A DNA stretch of 64,000 nucleotides from Octopus sinensis (taxonomy: Eukaryota). Below the pieces are notes generated by a model. The model saw nothing but the letters and a program-made list of their open reading frames with translations, did not search any database and was not told the origin of the DNA. The stretch's first letter is position 1, and each line of letters starts with the position of its first letter. Shown here one piece after another: positions 1-13,700 of the stretch. The stretch covers positions 17,546,001 through 17,610,000 of the forward strand of contig NC_043022.1 in NCBI RefSeq assembly GCF_006345805.1, given 5' to 3'. The translations under genes were made by a program, and so were the position numbers.

Positions 1-2289
1 TTAAGAAACCCTTGACTCAGAAAGAATCATCACCAGCATCATCATCAGCAACAACATTCCAAGAGGTAAATATTTCAAAAGTACAAAGCTTTTCTCACGT
101 CACCAGTGTTTCCTTTCCTCAAAAGCATTTGAAGAGTTAGGACACTTCAGGCATTTGGGCACAGGAGGATTATTTCACTCCAGAAACTCTAATTTATATC
201 AAATAAGCGCACATTATATCAATGCTAGAGGGGAAGAGATTTATCTGATTTGTGAATGTTCAATAAATAAACCACATAGTAATAATTATTAATTCATTAG
301 ACATCTAAAACGATTGATATTAGGCTTGTCTTTGCCAGGGTAAGAGCAAAGTGCAGTAACCAGACAAACTATGATACAGGTGTAATTCTTAAGATTGGCC
401 AACGATTACACCTGTATCAAGTCTTCAAAATGAGATAGCAATTCCTGTTTTTAAACGAAGCACATTATAATGTACAGTTTACTGATAGTTGTGAAACACT
501 TGCAGAATATAAACTCTTCTACAGAGAATATAGTGAGAGAATTACATGGCATTTATGGTAGCTTGTTATCTTGTGCTGGACAAATAATATACAGACATGC
601 ATTACAAACTTGAATAGGTTCCATTTATATTTGGTAACAGAATCAACTAAACTCTACATTGTAAGTCCAAATGTTTTTGTATAATGGATGAGTGTGTGTG
701 TGTGTGTGTGCAAGTATTAGACAGGTGAAGGCAGTTTCTGTTTGTGCACATAGGAATGTATGTTGCACAAATGTTGTCTGCACTTGATTCTAAATACATA
801 GGGTCAAGTACTCCAATCTTAATATATCTTGATAATTAAAGATTTCCAAGCAGAATACTACCTGCTCTCATTGAAATTAGAACTTTTTCTTTGGAATTAA
901 TGAAATCTGTGAAACCTGCATATGTCAATGCTACCATATTAAAATAAGGAGCTTCAAGATTACCTAATGATATATATGCCAAACTTCTTATGAGGGTTAA
1001 AAAAACCTCTTATAAGATCACAAAAGCAAAGGGTAGACTCATGAACACATTCAACCTATCTCTACTTCTGTTGCTCAATGAAGACTAGACTTTGCTTGCC
1101 ATTGCCATTGTACCAAACACCAGACCATGTCAGGTTATATATTCTGCAGATTTCTGCACCCTAATAAAAGACAAGGACCACTCAACTGCACTGACGCTAT
1201 TGGTTGAGACAAATCATAAGACTGAGGCCCTATCAATGCAGATGGGAAACAAAGATTGCTGGTATAGATATATCACAGTTGCTGCTACTTTAAGAAGAAT
1301 CAACAAATGAATGGATGGGAAAAGAGTAAAGAAAATTTGAGTGAAAACTCGAAGTCTCCATTGCTAAGATTCAGAGAGGTACATTCTAAATATTTGCATA
1401 AAGATTGTGCATAGAGGATAGAATACTTGAGTCTTACAGAGGAATAAGACTTGTGATTTGAGCACTGGTAGGTTAGTGGTGTGAGGATCCAGGCTGGATA
1501 GAAGTCCACTTATAGAGGAAATAGAATAAAACTATTCTTGTCATTTTCACAAAAGGGGTAGCTTTTGGAGGGAAAAGGATGACAAAAATTACTGCTTTGA
1601 TCTCTGTAAGTAGTCCAAGATGGTCTCTTGAATTTCTACCCTCACAGACCCTATTCTTTAGCATAGCTGGTCATTATGTAAGCCCCTAAAGACAATGTGA
1701 AAACTTTGTCAAGAATTTTCATATTTGTAGTCAATTTCTGAATTGAATAATCTATTTTTTTAAGGTTAAGTGGTATTAAAGTAGTTGCATTAAAACAAAT
1801 TTTGCTTGATACAAAACGTATGCATGCTGTTGACAAATTTATTTCACCTTGTTTACAGGCCATTGAGGAATCATCTGGCCAGTTATAAATCTCACACCAT
1901 AACTATCTTCAAAAAGTGAGGACACATTCAATTATGTAAATATAGAATACAGGAATCCTCCCCTCACCAGTTATGAATATTGCTGTTAGAACTGAGTTTG
2001 TAAGTTTTCCCCATCTAAGCCAAAAAAGGGGTAAGCTATAAAGTATTTGTTTAATATTAATCCCACTACACCTCTTATATATCCACAAGAGGTGCAGCAG
2101 CATCACAGGAAGGGCAACAGAGAAAACAGTCTTTGTGTGTAGCAGATGTGCAGGTGCAATAAACATTAGGAATATGCAAAAAAATAGGCTCCCTCAAATG
2201 TCCAGTAGTGGTGGTGGTGGTGTTCCTAAAAAGTAGTAATAGCTTCCATTACCTAGGCAACCAAGGTAGCAGTGGAAGAGAAAGCTCTA

Positions 2290-2830
2290 AAAGCGTAGTT
2301 GCTAGAATACAAAGGGGCTGGGCAAAGTTCAGAGAGCTACTACTTTATTGGTAACAAAGGGCTTCTCCCTCAAAGTGAAAGACAAATTGTATGATGTTTG
2401 TGTATGTACAGCTATGCTACATAGCAGTGAAACATGGGCTTTGACTGCAGAGGACAAGCAAAGGCTTGAAAGAAATGAAGCCAGCATGCTTTGCTGGATG
2501 TGTAATGCACATTGGTGCACATATGACGGAGTGTAAATGATTTAAGAGAAAAATCGGGCACAAGAGGCATCAGATGTAGTGTACAAGAAAGAAGATTACA
2601 CTGGCATGATCATGTGATGCACATGGATAAGGACAGCTATATAAACAAGTGCCAGTCTCTAATTGTGGAGGGAACCTGTAGGAGGTAAACTCAGGAAGAT
2701 GTGGGATGAACTGTTGAGAAAGGATCTTCATATATTGAACCTCATAGAGGACAAGGGACTGAAACATCTGGTGATTTGCTGTGCTTGAGCAGACATGTCA
2801 AGTTAAGCCAAATCATGGCCATCCCTACAT
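2290..2830 (+). mobile_element. RTE LINE 3' RT fragment, degenerate
   Basis: ORF 2348..2536 (TKGFSLKVKDKLYDVCV..AMLHSSETWA) matches the RTE at 61.3-61.7 kb. Confidence 0.85.
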
Positions 2831-3249
2831 ACAGGCTGCATGTCCTTCATGCTCATAGCCCCACTTCCCCTCACACATAACTGTTCTCTGGCAAAACTCA
2901 CAACCATCTCCCTAAAAACTCCACCACCCACTACAGGCCCCTCCAGTTTCCTCTCAACATTGCTTGCTATCTCAAAATATCTCCTCTATCCCCCTTGGTG
3001 CTACTTATATTCACCCCACCCACAGGTACACTGTTACCTGTGGGTAGGCCCTCTCTCTCACTCTGACTAACTCTATCTTTCTCTCTCTCCCACTTCCCCG
3101 TTCTATTGGGGTCACCAAGTGTCTCCTCTGTAATAAGACAGCTATCCCTGCTCCACTATCATATTCCAACCTCTTGCCTGGCACATAGCCACTTCTCTCG
3201 GTTCCTCTCTCAGCTGAGATGTTCTTGTCTTGCAAGCCACTTGGCAACC

Positions 3250-3492
3250 CCACAGGTGCTGGTGCCATGAGCAAAGCACCTGAGTCAGTGTCACATTAAA
3301 AAGCATCTGTGCCAGCAGCACATAGAAAGCACGCAGTACACTCTTTAAAATGGCTGGCGTCAGGAGGGGCACCCCAGCCGTTGAAACCATGCCAAACCAG
3401 ACCAACTGGTGCAGGCCTTTGGCTTGCCACCTCCTGTTAAGTTGTTCAACACATAGCCACATGGAAACTGGACGTTAAATGATGATGATGAT
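3250..3492 (+). mobile_element. RTE 3'UTR/tail fragment
   Basis: aaagcac...ggcgtcaggaggggcacccagccg...ggacgttaaatgatgatgatg matches the RTE 3' end. Confidence 0.8.
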
Positions 3493-4080
3493 AAGGGTGA
3501 TAATCCCTTTCAAATTCCGCTCGAATGTGTCTTTCTTCATAATTGTTGACACAAGGCCAACAATTTTGGAGAGAAAATTTAGTCAATCATATGACCTCAT
3601 TATATCACAGTTACTTTATCTTATCAACCTTAAAATGATGTGAGTTGGTGTCTGTGGGATTTGAATTTAGAATACAGAGGGAACAACTGCTGCAAGGCAC
3701 CCCCCCCCCCGATACTGTAAGCTTCTGCTCACTCATAGCCAAGCTTCGTCAGATCCTGTCAAATCATCCATCATATGCCAGCATGGACTAACCAATGGCT
3801 AGGGATACAATAAAAACGCTAACGTTCATACAATCTAACTTCACAACAATAATACTAACATAAAAAAGAGTTATAACTTTACAATAATAACGTTGATATA
3901 ATTGTTATAATATAACATTACAACAATATTAATGTTAGTAGAATATATTATAATATACACTTACAATAATACAAACATTAATATAATCTATGATAACCCT
4001 CACAATTATATTACTAACATAATACACTCTAATATACTCTCACAACAAAACTAACCGATAAAAAATGCTAATACTAAACC

Positions 4081-4162
4081 CCTACAATCTATTATTCCTA
4101 CAATCTATTATTCCTACACTCTACCATTCCTACAATCTATTATTCCTACATTCTACTATTCC
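4081..4162. repeat. 16-bp tandem repeat x5 (ctacaatctattattc)
   Basis: Read directly from the sequence. Confidence 0.85.
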
Positions 4163-4269
4163 AACCAAATCACCGCCACAACATTTCGTCTTCCGTTTTT
4201 TTTTTATATTATCTTTCTCAGTATTCAGCATTTATGATGATTCGTAGATTTCATTGGTCAATAATTCTA

Positions 4270-4445
4270 TACCCACCACCACCACCACCATCACTGCTCC
4301 TCCTCCTCCTCCTCCTACCGCCATTACAGGCAACAACAACAAAACAACAACAAATAATCAGGAAAAACTGTTTTTTCGCCGTTTTTCCTCTTCTCCCTCT
4401 TCCTCCTCCTCTTCTTCTTCTGTTGTTGTTGTTGTTGTTATTGTG
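4270..4445. repeat. Compound trinucleotide microsatellite (CCA, CTC, CAA, TCC/TCT, GTT)
   Basis: Read directly; explains the low-complexity ORFs at 4234-4485. Confidence 0.9.
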
Positions 4446-5002
4446 GTGTTTATTTGGTGACCAACCCATATTGGAGATTAATTAATGAATGAATGGATTA
4501 AGGATTTGATTAATTCATCGCCGAGCAAACTCCTTTCATCACTCAACACAAAACAACTCATGAAATTACAAATTTAACCAGTTTTCCCCTTCTCGTCTAA
4601 ATGTGTCGGTAATTATGATTTTTCCCATTTATTTTCTTTCACTCACTCAAATCTGTTAATCGTTGACCATTCTGTTACCGAAATTTCCTTCCTATTCAGC
4701 CAAGAATATCCTTCGAAAAGCCTGAAACAGTCCAACAACGACTTCCTCTCCCGTTACAAATCTATTTACACATTATTATTACTATTCTAATGATTTTCAC
4801 CTCATTTGCGGCACAATTAACTGATGTTGTTGGCAAACACACCAACATCTTGATATTCCGTTTATAATCACTGTTTAATTCTTATATTTGAGTAAATATT
4901 TGGATGGATGTGGTTTTTATTGTGACACATGAACAACAACGGAACATTTCGTGTTTCTTTGAATACACACGTATATACACATCTTTCCCCTTTCTATATG
5001 AT

Positions 5003-5015
5003 ATATATATATATA

Positions 5016-5092
<77 letters not shown>

Positions 5093-5110
5093 ATATATAT
5101 GTATATATAT
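5003..5110. repeat. (TA)n/(TG)n microsatellite, the longest of many in the window
   Basis: Read directly from the sequence. Confidence 0.95.
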
Positions 5111-5210
5111 CATTCCTCTTTCAGTCTTTGCCCCAATAACTCTCTAACATCAAACCTTTACTCCTTTCACACTGGCCTTTTTGTTTTCCTATCATCGCTT
5201 TCCTTATTAC

Positions 5211-5303
5211 CTGAGCGAAAGTATACTTCTCACAGTACTGAATACCCTCTGCACTTAGTGTGCAAGGCAACCCATCCTTTGGCGAAAGGTTATCCACCGA
5301 CAT
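5211..5303 (-). CDS. Candidate first coding exon of an unidentified minus-strand gene (MSVDNLSPKDGLPCTLSAEGIQYCEKYTFAQ)
   Basis: gaacATG with A at -3, 31 open codons, donor CAG|gtaata, CpG-rich upstream. No homology recognised and no downstream exon identified. Confidence 0.3.
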
Positions 5304-5713
5304 GTTCTCTAGAGTGTTTGGTGAACGAGCAGAATTGAAGTAGGGTTGTGGACGTTGCTTTAGTCCTTTCTTTCTGCCGTCTCTTGTCAATCTCTTTAGT
5401 GCTGACACGGAAAATAAAGTGTTTCGTCAACAAGCGGAGAGGACTCTGTAGTCTTTTGCCGAGGATATAGCAACCTGAAAAGGGTTGCAGCCATGAGAAA
5501 TGTATCAAAAGTGCATTGTATGATGAAGTGGTTGCTGATAGGAAGGGCATCGAGCCATTAAAAAAAAAAAGAAACTCTGCCAAAATCACAAATACATGCT
5601 TCAGTCTGTGGAAGCAGAGACTCATCGAAAGTACTGACTTGGACCCATGAATACTCTTCCCAACCCTTGTCAGTATGTAAAGCGGACGTAAAACGTGTGC
5701 GCGTGTATGTATG

Positions 5714-5745
<32 letters not shown>

Positions 5746-7500
5746 CATACAGATATGTATGCACATATGCATATACGCGTATTTGCATGTATCATCATTT
5801 AATGTCCTCTTTTCCATGCTGGCATGGGTTGGATGGTTTGACAAGATTTCACTGGCTCCAATATCAGCTCTTTGGTTGCATGCTCTTATCCTGTCTGTGA
5901 TTCCACTACATCCTTTTTGTATCCCTACCTACTCTTTTCTGCATGTCAGATTTAGCCCAAACACCCAGTATATAGTAGTTTTTTTTTTCATTTTTCATTT
6001 CATTTCTTCATTTTATGCACATTTTCCTTGTTTGTAAGAGTCAGACAGCTACACTAATGGGGTGTTGTTTTACAGCCAGATGCCCTTCTTGTCACTAACC
6101 GTCTCCTGTTTTTCAAGTCAGTGATTTTCCTTTGCATTTCTCTTCCAAAATGCACAGCTAGTGGATAATCTATGGGCAGGGAATCATTAGCAAACAACAC
6201 ATGTTGTAACTCCATGCTTTTTTTTATGTATAGTGTCGAATGTTCTTTCTTCTAAAAGTGTAACTTCTCTACAGAAACCTGCTTGTCCCTCCTCCCTTCC
6301 CTTCTTTCATGTCTTATCTCCTCATCTGCTTGCATAAATACTCCCTCTGCATAGGTTTTGTAGTCTCAAGTTCTGCATTGCAACCTCACTAATGTTGGTG
6401 GCACGAATAAAGCACCCCAGTACTCACTGTAAAGTGGTTGGTTTTCAGAAGGACATCCAACTTTTGAAACCATTCAAAGCAGACACTGGAACATGATGCA
6501 GTCCTTGGACACATTGAATCCTGTCAAACTGTACAACCCATGCCACCATGGAATGTGGACATTAAATGATGATGATGATGATATTAACTGTTAACCTCCC
6601 GTTGAAAATATTTGGTCTGTAAAGCTCAGTCCAATAATGATTCCATTAGAAAGGAATGACAAAGGAAGAGATTTTCTCCTTTACATTAGAAGGTTCCTTC
6701 CTTCATTCAAAGTGAATGTAAACAAAGTACAACAATTTGTAGGGTATCATGCATTTCAGGAATGCCTGATTGATGCAGTCCCATGAGGTATTGTGTCCTA
6801 TGGAAAGTTAAGTGTTAATATATATATTATCTAAACTCAATGATCCATGAAACTGTTGAAGAAGAAAATATGGCAGTGTGTCACATTTGTGCCACTCCAA
6901 AACATTTCTTTCTCTATCTGCCTGACAACATTAGCTCTGCCTTTCTTTTCCTTATAAGTCCGAGTGGTTTATCATGTGATATCTCTCTGTCAAACATAGA
7001 TTGCACCATTTTTAACTATTATTGTATGACTGGGATCTTTCCAAGGTAGACCATGTAATAACATTGTATTGACCCCTTTTCTTCTTAGATGCTTTTGATA
7101 AATTCCAAGTATTATCAGCATTTGTCTCTTCTGCCTTAATCTGATTTCTTGTTTCACTTTATCTCCGACTCTTCTAATTCTTTTTTCTTTTGATGGTGGC
7201 AGTGTTTTGGAGCTGTTTAAAGGACATAGAAAATATTCTGTACCTTACATAGTTTGGAATACTTCCTACAAACTTCAAAGTGTTTATCTCACTTTGCATA
7301 AATCTCTCTGTCTTCTCAACTTTTAATAATGTTTTATATGTGTGATGAAGAGGCATTTGACTGAAAGTTCCATCAGGACTAATAAACTGGTACCATTTTT
7401 GTATTTTGAATGACTCAGTTACTTGTAAATCTTTCCTATGAATTCTGTAAAATATAACTCATTATTTGTTATACATTTTATTTTTTAAATACTTTTCTAG

Positions 7501-7704
7501 CCTGAGTTGAAGGAACTCTAAAGATGTCTGAAACACGTCCTGGCTCTGAGAGTGGAGGTGTAGCAGTGAGCGGAGCTACTACAAATGTCCGAACCTCCAT
7601 ACCACAAGTTCAAGTAATCCACCAGCCTGTTCACAGTCCGCCTTACATGCCAAGTTTCCCTTACAACCAACAGCAACTGATGCTACAAAATGCTGCCGTA
7701 CAAG
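7501..7704 (+). CDS. ph: Ph first coding exon (ATG 7524; MSETRPGSES...QQQLMLQNAAVQ)
   Basis: Acceptor acttttctag|c at 7500/7501, ATG at 7524, donor CAAG|gtgaat at 7704/7705 (phase 1). Q/P-rich sequence typical of Ph N-termini. The acceptor implies an upstream non-coding exon. Confidence 0.8.
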
Positions 7705-10700
7705 GTGAATTGTCTTTCTTCAAAAATTGTAGACTTTGATATTTAGTATTTCTAGTTAAAGTTTGATGAATCCGGTAAAGATTTACTTGTCATTAAATTT
7801 ACTCTTGGCCCTGGGCATGAAACAAAACTCATTCTCAATTCTGTTGTCCAATACAACAAGAAGAAATTCATTTTCTATTAGTTCCTTGTTTGGTTGTGAT
7901 CACATTTGTCAAAAATCAATCGCACCTCTCTCTCTCTCTCTCTCTTTATCTAACTATCTACCCCCCCACATCTGTCTATCATACAAAACTATGGCTGTTG
8001 TCATAAAGATGACATGACAGCATGCACTAAGCTTTTGCTAATTATTTTAGTTCCTCTGTAGTCATCATTTGGCACAGACACCTTCTTAGCCCTCCTGCAC
8101 TTCACCCAGCAGAACATTCATAATGTTGTAACAGCAGCTAAAGGGTGAGAGAAAACTACCAGAACTGGGCTGATATTTTATTTATTGATTCCCAAACATT
8201 GTAAGACAAAGTTGATCTTGACTGAGACTCAGAAAGTCTCACAACAAATAGCACAAAACTATCTTACACTTTAATAACTATGTCCCACCTTATCTCTCTT
8301 GCACATACACACTGTGTGTGTGTCTGTATGTGTATATATATATATATATATTCTCAAATGTGCAGAAGGCTCCATAGAGGTAGTAAATAATTTCTGTTGC
8401 CTAATAATCTAATTAGTATTTAAGGAGGCCATTCTGAAGGTATAGTTACTTGAAGGAGAATAGGATGGAGAACATGCAGAGGGCTATTACCTCTATTGGC
8501 TACAAAAATTCTCTTTGTCAAAGTGAAAGGCAGATCGTATGATGCTTGTGCATGAATAGCAGTGCTATGTACTAGTGTGATATGGTCCTGGAATGCAAAG
8601 AATATGTGAAGACTGGAGAGGAATTGAGCTGATATGCTTTGCATGACAAAGTGTAAATATGTAGAGAGAAAAATTAGGTGCAAGAGGCTTCAGGTGTAAT
8701 GTGCAACCGAGAAGATTGCACTGGTATGGTTATGTGATGCATATGGATGAGGAGAGCTGTGAAAGAAGTGTCACTCACTTAAAGCGGTGGGAACTTGTGG
8801 AAGAGGAAGGCCCAAGAAGGCAAGAGAAGATGTTGAGGCACTGCATGCACTAAAAGCATACAACTTCTATCCATACATTATTTACATTGGACAGATGTGT
8901 GTCCTCATCTTGTTTGTTGTTACCTAATTTTTCTGTCTACACATTTACACTTTGTCATGCAAGCACACTGACATTGCACATCCAACAGAGCATATCAGCT
9001 CCATTTGTCTCCAGTCTTCACATATTCTTTGCATTCCAGGACCGTATGTCTTACGGACAACTCACCTCCCACCTCATTTCAGTTCAAATAACGGGTACTT
9101 CATCCATACCTTTGCAATTTTCTCTTCATCCATAGCAGTGCAATTTTCTCTCTGTTACACCTCTCATATCTGATGCTTCTTATGCCCAATTGTTCTCTCA
9201 ACACATTTACAATTTTTTGTACCTACACAATGACATTGCATATCCAGCAGAGCCTCTTTGCTTCAATTCTTTCAAGCCTGTGCATGTCCAATGCATTCAC
9301 AGTCCACATTTCACCACTATATAGCATTGCTGTTTGAACTCAAGCATCATACAATCTGCTTTTCACTCTGACAATTTTTATACAGTGAGGACTGAACAAC
9401 TAATCACATGATTTGGAAGTACACTTCTTAACCACACAGCCATGCCTACACCTATATATGTATGTATAAGTGTGTGTGTGTGTATGCACACACACACACA
9501 CTCATATATATATATAGATATAGATAGATAGATATATATAACAGTATTATAGTATTCACCCCGACTATCAGATGTTATTTTGCACCAGTGGTCACAGAGC
9601 GCTTCCAGTTCTGTCTTGATTGTGCTACTCTTTCCCATCTTGACCCAAGTCATTTAACTAAATTTTCTTCCCATTGTCGTGGAGGCCTTCCAAGTGGTGC
9701 TTTCCAATCTCTTGGATAGCTACCACTCAGCAGCTGTACAGGTCCATCCTCTATAAACAGGATCGAACATCAATTAGCTATGATGCAAAGGGCCATGGAA
9801 AGATCCATTTTGAGAGCCTTTTATGAAATGAGATGATTCAAGAAGAGAGCAGAGTGAACAATAGGATCAGAGAATAGTGGAAACACAAGTTCTGCTGGGT
9901 TGAACATTTTTACAAGGTTCGCAGACAACAGATATATATATACATATAAATATATATATGTGGATAGATAGATATGTATAGATGTATGTATGAAATATAT
10001 GTGTATGAGGGGGTTACTGAAAAGTTCCTGGCTTTAAAGGTATCATGAAAGGCCTGGTTAGAGGCCCAACCTACCTAGTTATTTTACAGGGCTTAGAAAA
10101 ACTGAAGGACCACTGCAATAAGTGTGTGAATCTGAGAGGGGAATATGTTGAGTAAAACCATAATTAACTGATCCTCCTGTATTCTCTTTTACCCAAAGCC
10201 AGGTACTTTTCAGCATCCCTTTGTAGATATGAACTATGTGTGTGTGTGTGTGTGTGTGTGAAATTTTCTCCAATCTAGATCTGGGAATATTATTGTAAAA
10301 GCTCTGTGCTATGAATCTTTGTTGATTATTTAATTAAATTTTGATTTCATGCATGATTTTTATAAAATGAGAGGTTTATTTCTTTTAATTAATTATTCAT
10401 ATGCCCTTAGATTATTTATATGGTGTTCATGCTTTTCTCATAGGAACTGCTAACAAAAAGTGATCTGGTTTCAACATTTAAAATGACATTATACGCATAA
10501 ATGTTTATGTATTTGTTTTGCAAGGTTCCTGATGTGAAATCATTTGTTGAAACAGATTTTGTTATATTTGGAGACGATCATATTTTTAGCTCATCAGCCA
10601 CACTCACAATTATAATGCTCGTGGTTAACAGGCAAAAAATATGACCATCCCCATCTATAACAATATATACATTAGCTATAAAACAATGCAGTTTTTATTT

Positions 10701-13700
10701 CATAGCTTGTTATGTCTCTCAACTGTCTTAATTTTCTTTTCTTTTCTAAATAATGTAGCATGTAGAGGAGGGACATGGTTTTGAGTAATTTTTAAAAAAT
10801 AAGTTCATTTCAATATGTCACAGAGAATGGCAGGAATGTGGAAAAGTTTTGCTATGAATTTCCTTGCTTTTGCTTAATTAATCACAAATGTTGTGTTGCC
10901 TGAGGTAACCAGTGAAATTCTTTAGCAAGGGATGGTATTCACAGTGTAATATTGGTCCTCTACTGGAACTACATTACTGTGAGTGCTGCAGAAAATGTTT
11001 TGACTCTTTCCCTGTCCATTTCCTTTACTTTAAGACTCTAATATAAAAAAAGTATAAGTTAATACCCTATGGTAGGTTGTAATGAAGAACACAGAATGGA
11101 ATATTCTTAGGTCCAAATTATACATATATATATATATCTCATGATATCGACCAGACTACCAGATGTTGTTATACTTCGCTGAACACAATGCGCTTTGCAT
11201 TGTTTTAGCCTTCAAATAATGCCAGCTTGCAGGCCACCATTCTCCCTGTTCAAAAAGCTACTTCATCACAGAGTTACCCATTTACAGCTGACTGGACTGA
11301 AGCAACGTGAAACGAAGTGTTTTGCTCAAGAACGCAATGTACCACCTGGTCCTGGAGTCAAGCTCATGATCTAGCAATCACGAGTGTAACACCCTAACCA
11401 CTAAGCTATGTGCCTTCCCATATACATGTGTGTGTGAGACTTTCTAAATTTTTTTCATTCTTTATTGATTGTATCTAGAAAGAAAGGGCACTGGGAGCCT
11501 TTGATGTGAGAGACATTGAGAAATTTGAGTTGTGGTTTAGATTGCTACAGTCAGTGTTGGTTCTGAAAAGTTGAGTTCCATCTGTCAGGTGGGAATCTTC
11601 AAAATGAAGGATTGCATATTAGTTTATGTATGGAACAAGATTTTGAGAAGAAAAACAATTTGGGTAGTAAATAATTAGTATGAGTTTGATATATTAAGTT
11701 TAAATAGATGTGGGTTGAGACAGAAACCTGTGAAAAATAAAGTCCCTTTCCAGTTGTAGTATAAGTAAAGGGAAGAGACAGTATAAGAGTGGGTCAGGAA
11801 TTGGAGATTCTCAATAATGTGGTAGATGTAGCATAAATAGTTATTGTGCTATCTTAGCTCCACTATGGCTCAAAATTAACCTATTGAATATTAATACTTC
11901 TATCCAAATAATCTTAGCGCTTAGCTCTGGTTTCATGAAGCAGATCCAGGATAGAACGTGATGTAACTTCAGTACGGTTCCGAAATGACGGAGGACATAC
12001 TCTTGCATTCTAGGAAAAGGGAGCTAATGTCGAATAAAATATTTTTCTCTTATAACTTAGTTTTAATATCAAAATGACAAAACAATATCTTTGAAATAAT
12101 AATTCCCTTTATCTGGGGGACAAGTTTTGTTTTTATTTTTGTTTTATATTTTCTTTGTACATGTTATAAAAAAAAGAACAACAAAAATGCCATTGAGTAC
12201 TGTTTTATGTTGGCAGTTTGAACTGCTCTCTTGTTAATAGAGATAGAATATTAGCTCCAAATATTTGTGATCAGGTGTTTATCTCGCAGCGGCGATGCAA
12301 GCCGGAGCAATGAATCAACAACTCAACATAGCTGCAATGCAAGGCAGACCACCCTCTGCTAGCCCGAAGAGTCCTAGTGTTCTTTCTCCTAGCCCCACAG
12401 CTGGAGTAGTGAGTATTTTTTTGGTTTTTGTTCTTCTTCGATAACTGCTGAAACTAACAAATCTCTATAAAATGCTTTTTTTTTATAAAATATTTTTTCA
12501 TGTTTATGAAATGTTTGATTATTAAATTGTGTTGTCATAAATATTCTATTATTTTCAATTTCTTTTACAAACTATAAATGAAGTAAAAAAAAAAAGACCA
12601 TTATTATTATGGTATGGCCAACAAGTGGAAGGATTTTGCACTAAAGGAAGATCTATCCTTATATATACGGATAAGTTGAAATAGTTAAAATCCTTTCAGC
12701 TTAATTTAGCATCTTGGGAAAGTTATTGTCTAAATTGATCTGAGTGGTGTCAAATGTGTCACAATGCACCAAAGCAATTTGAGGTGAAAAAACAGAACAA
12801 TAAAAGAATAATATCATGCAATCAACAGACACATTTGCTCAGTCCCAGGCAGAATCAAAATCATCATTGTCCCTATTGTGACTTCATAACAAAGTCCATA
12901 CCTGGACTCTAATTACATTCATGCATCCCTAGCAAATAGATGGATGTGTGGCACTAGAGCCATCAGGAGTAGCTGAGGCTTTTCTGACACAACTTTTTAC
13001 ATCCTGTGCAGGTAATGTTCTTTCCCGGAGTATATGAAGGAGTTTACAGATTTTAGAGGAGGGTATATTTTTGTGTTATTTCAAGCTATTTTGATTGTTG
13101 AAGATATGTTCAGTGTCTGAGAGATTGACATGATGACAAACATCATCTGGCACTTTTTCTATAGAAGATTGGTTGCTACTGGGACAGTGTTGAGAACAAG
13201 TGTGATATCATCATCCTAATTTATGACTGGGTGATGAGAGGAGGGGGATTTTGTTAGAGTGAAGCTCTTACCACTTCTTCTTATGCCAAGGAAACACTCT
13301 TGTATTCATCCTGTCTACTCATTCCTAGAACCTCCAAACTTGCTACAAATGATAGACTTCACAATCTGATGATCAATCATGGCAAAAGCTTCAACGCAAA
13401 CACTATGATTCCTCTTTAGGACTAGAAACTATCAGAATTTTGATCAATCAATGACTATTTTGATTAATTGATGACAATGCACAAAGTTTACGAAAGATTT
13501 AGAGTAAGATTGCTTAAATATATGAAGTGGCTTTCATTTTGCATCAATGCTAAAAAATAATATATTTTGATTGTATCTTAAATGATATTCTTTTTGAATA
13601 GAATTGTATTTATGAGCCATTTTTTATTTCATAGAGATTATACTTTATTTATATTGATAATGGCTTTAAGAAAACATGAACACAATTTTTTTGTGTTTTC

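Larger units (their letters stand above)
4150..5500. promoter_or_regulatory. CpG-retaining zone, candidate promoter region (possibly bidirectional)
   Basis: CpGs are visibly denser here than in the introns. There is a + strand donor-like site TCG|gtaatt at 4608/4609, a candidate for the missing Ph 5' non-coding exon, and a minus-strand ATG-to-donor exon candidate at 5303-5211. Confidence 0.35.

Noticed and set aside
4234-6037. Several 60-184 aa ORFs (poly-P/L/N/R, YIYI, CVCV)
   Set aside because: They are translations of microsatellites; only the 5211-5303 segment has independent splice/start support.
12880-13400. Highly decayed LINE-like coding remnants (also 1100-1660 and 53100-53700)
   Set aside because: Composition suggests old retroelements, but I could not recover a diagnostic motif, so they are not called.
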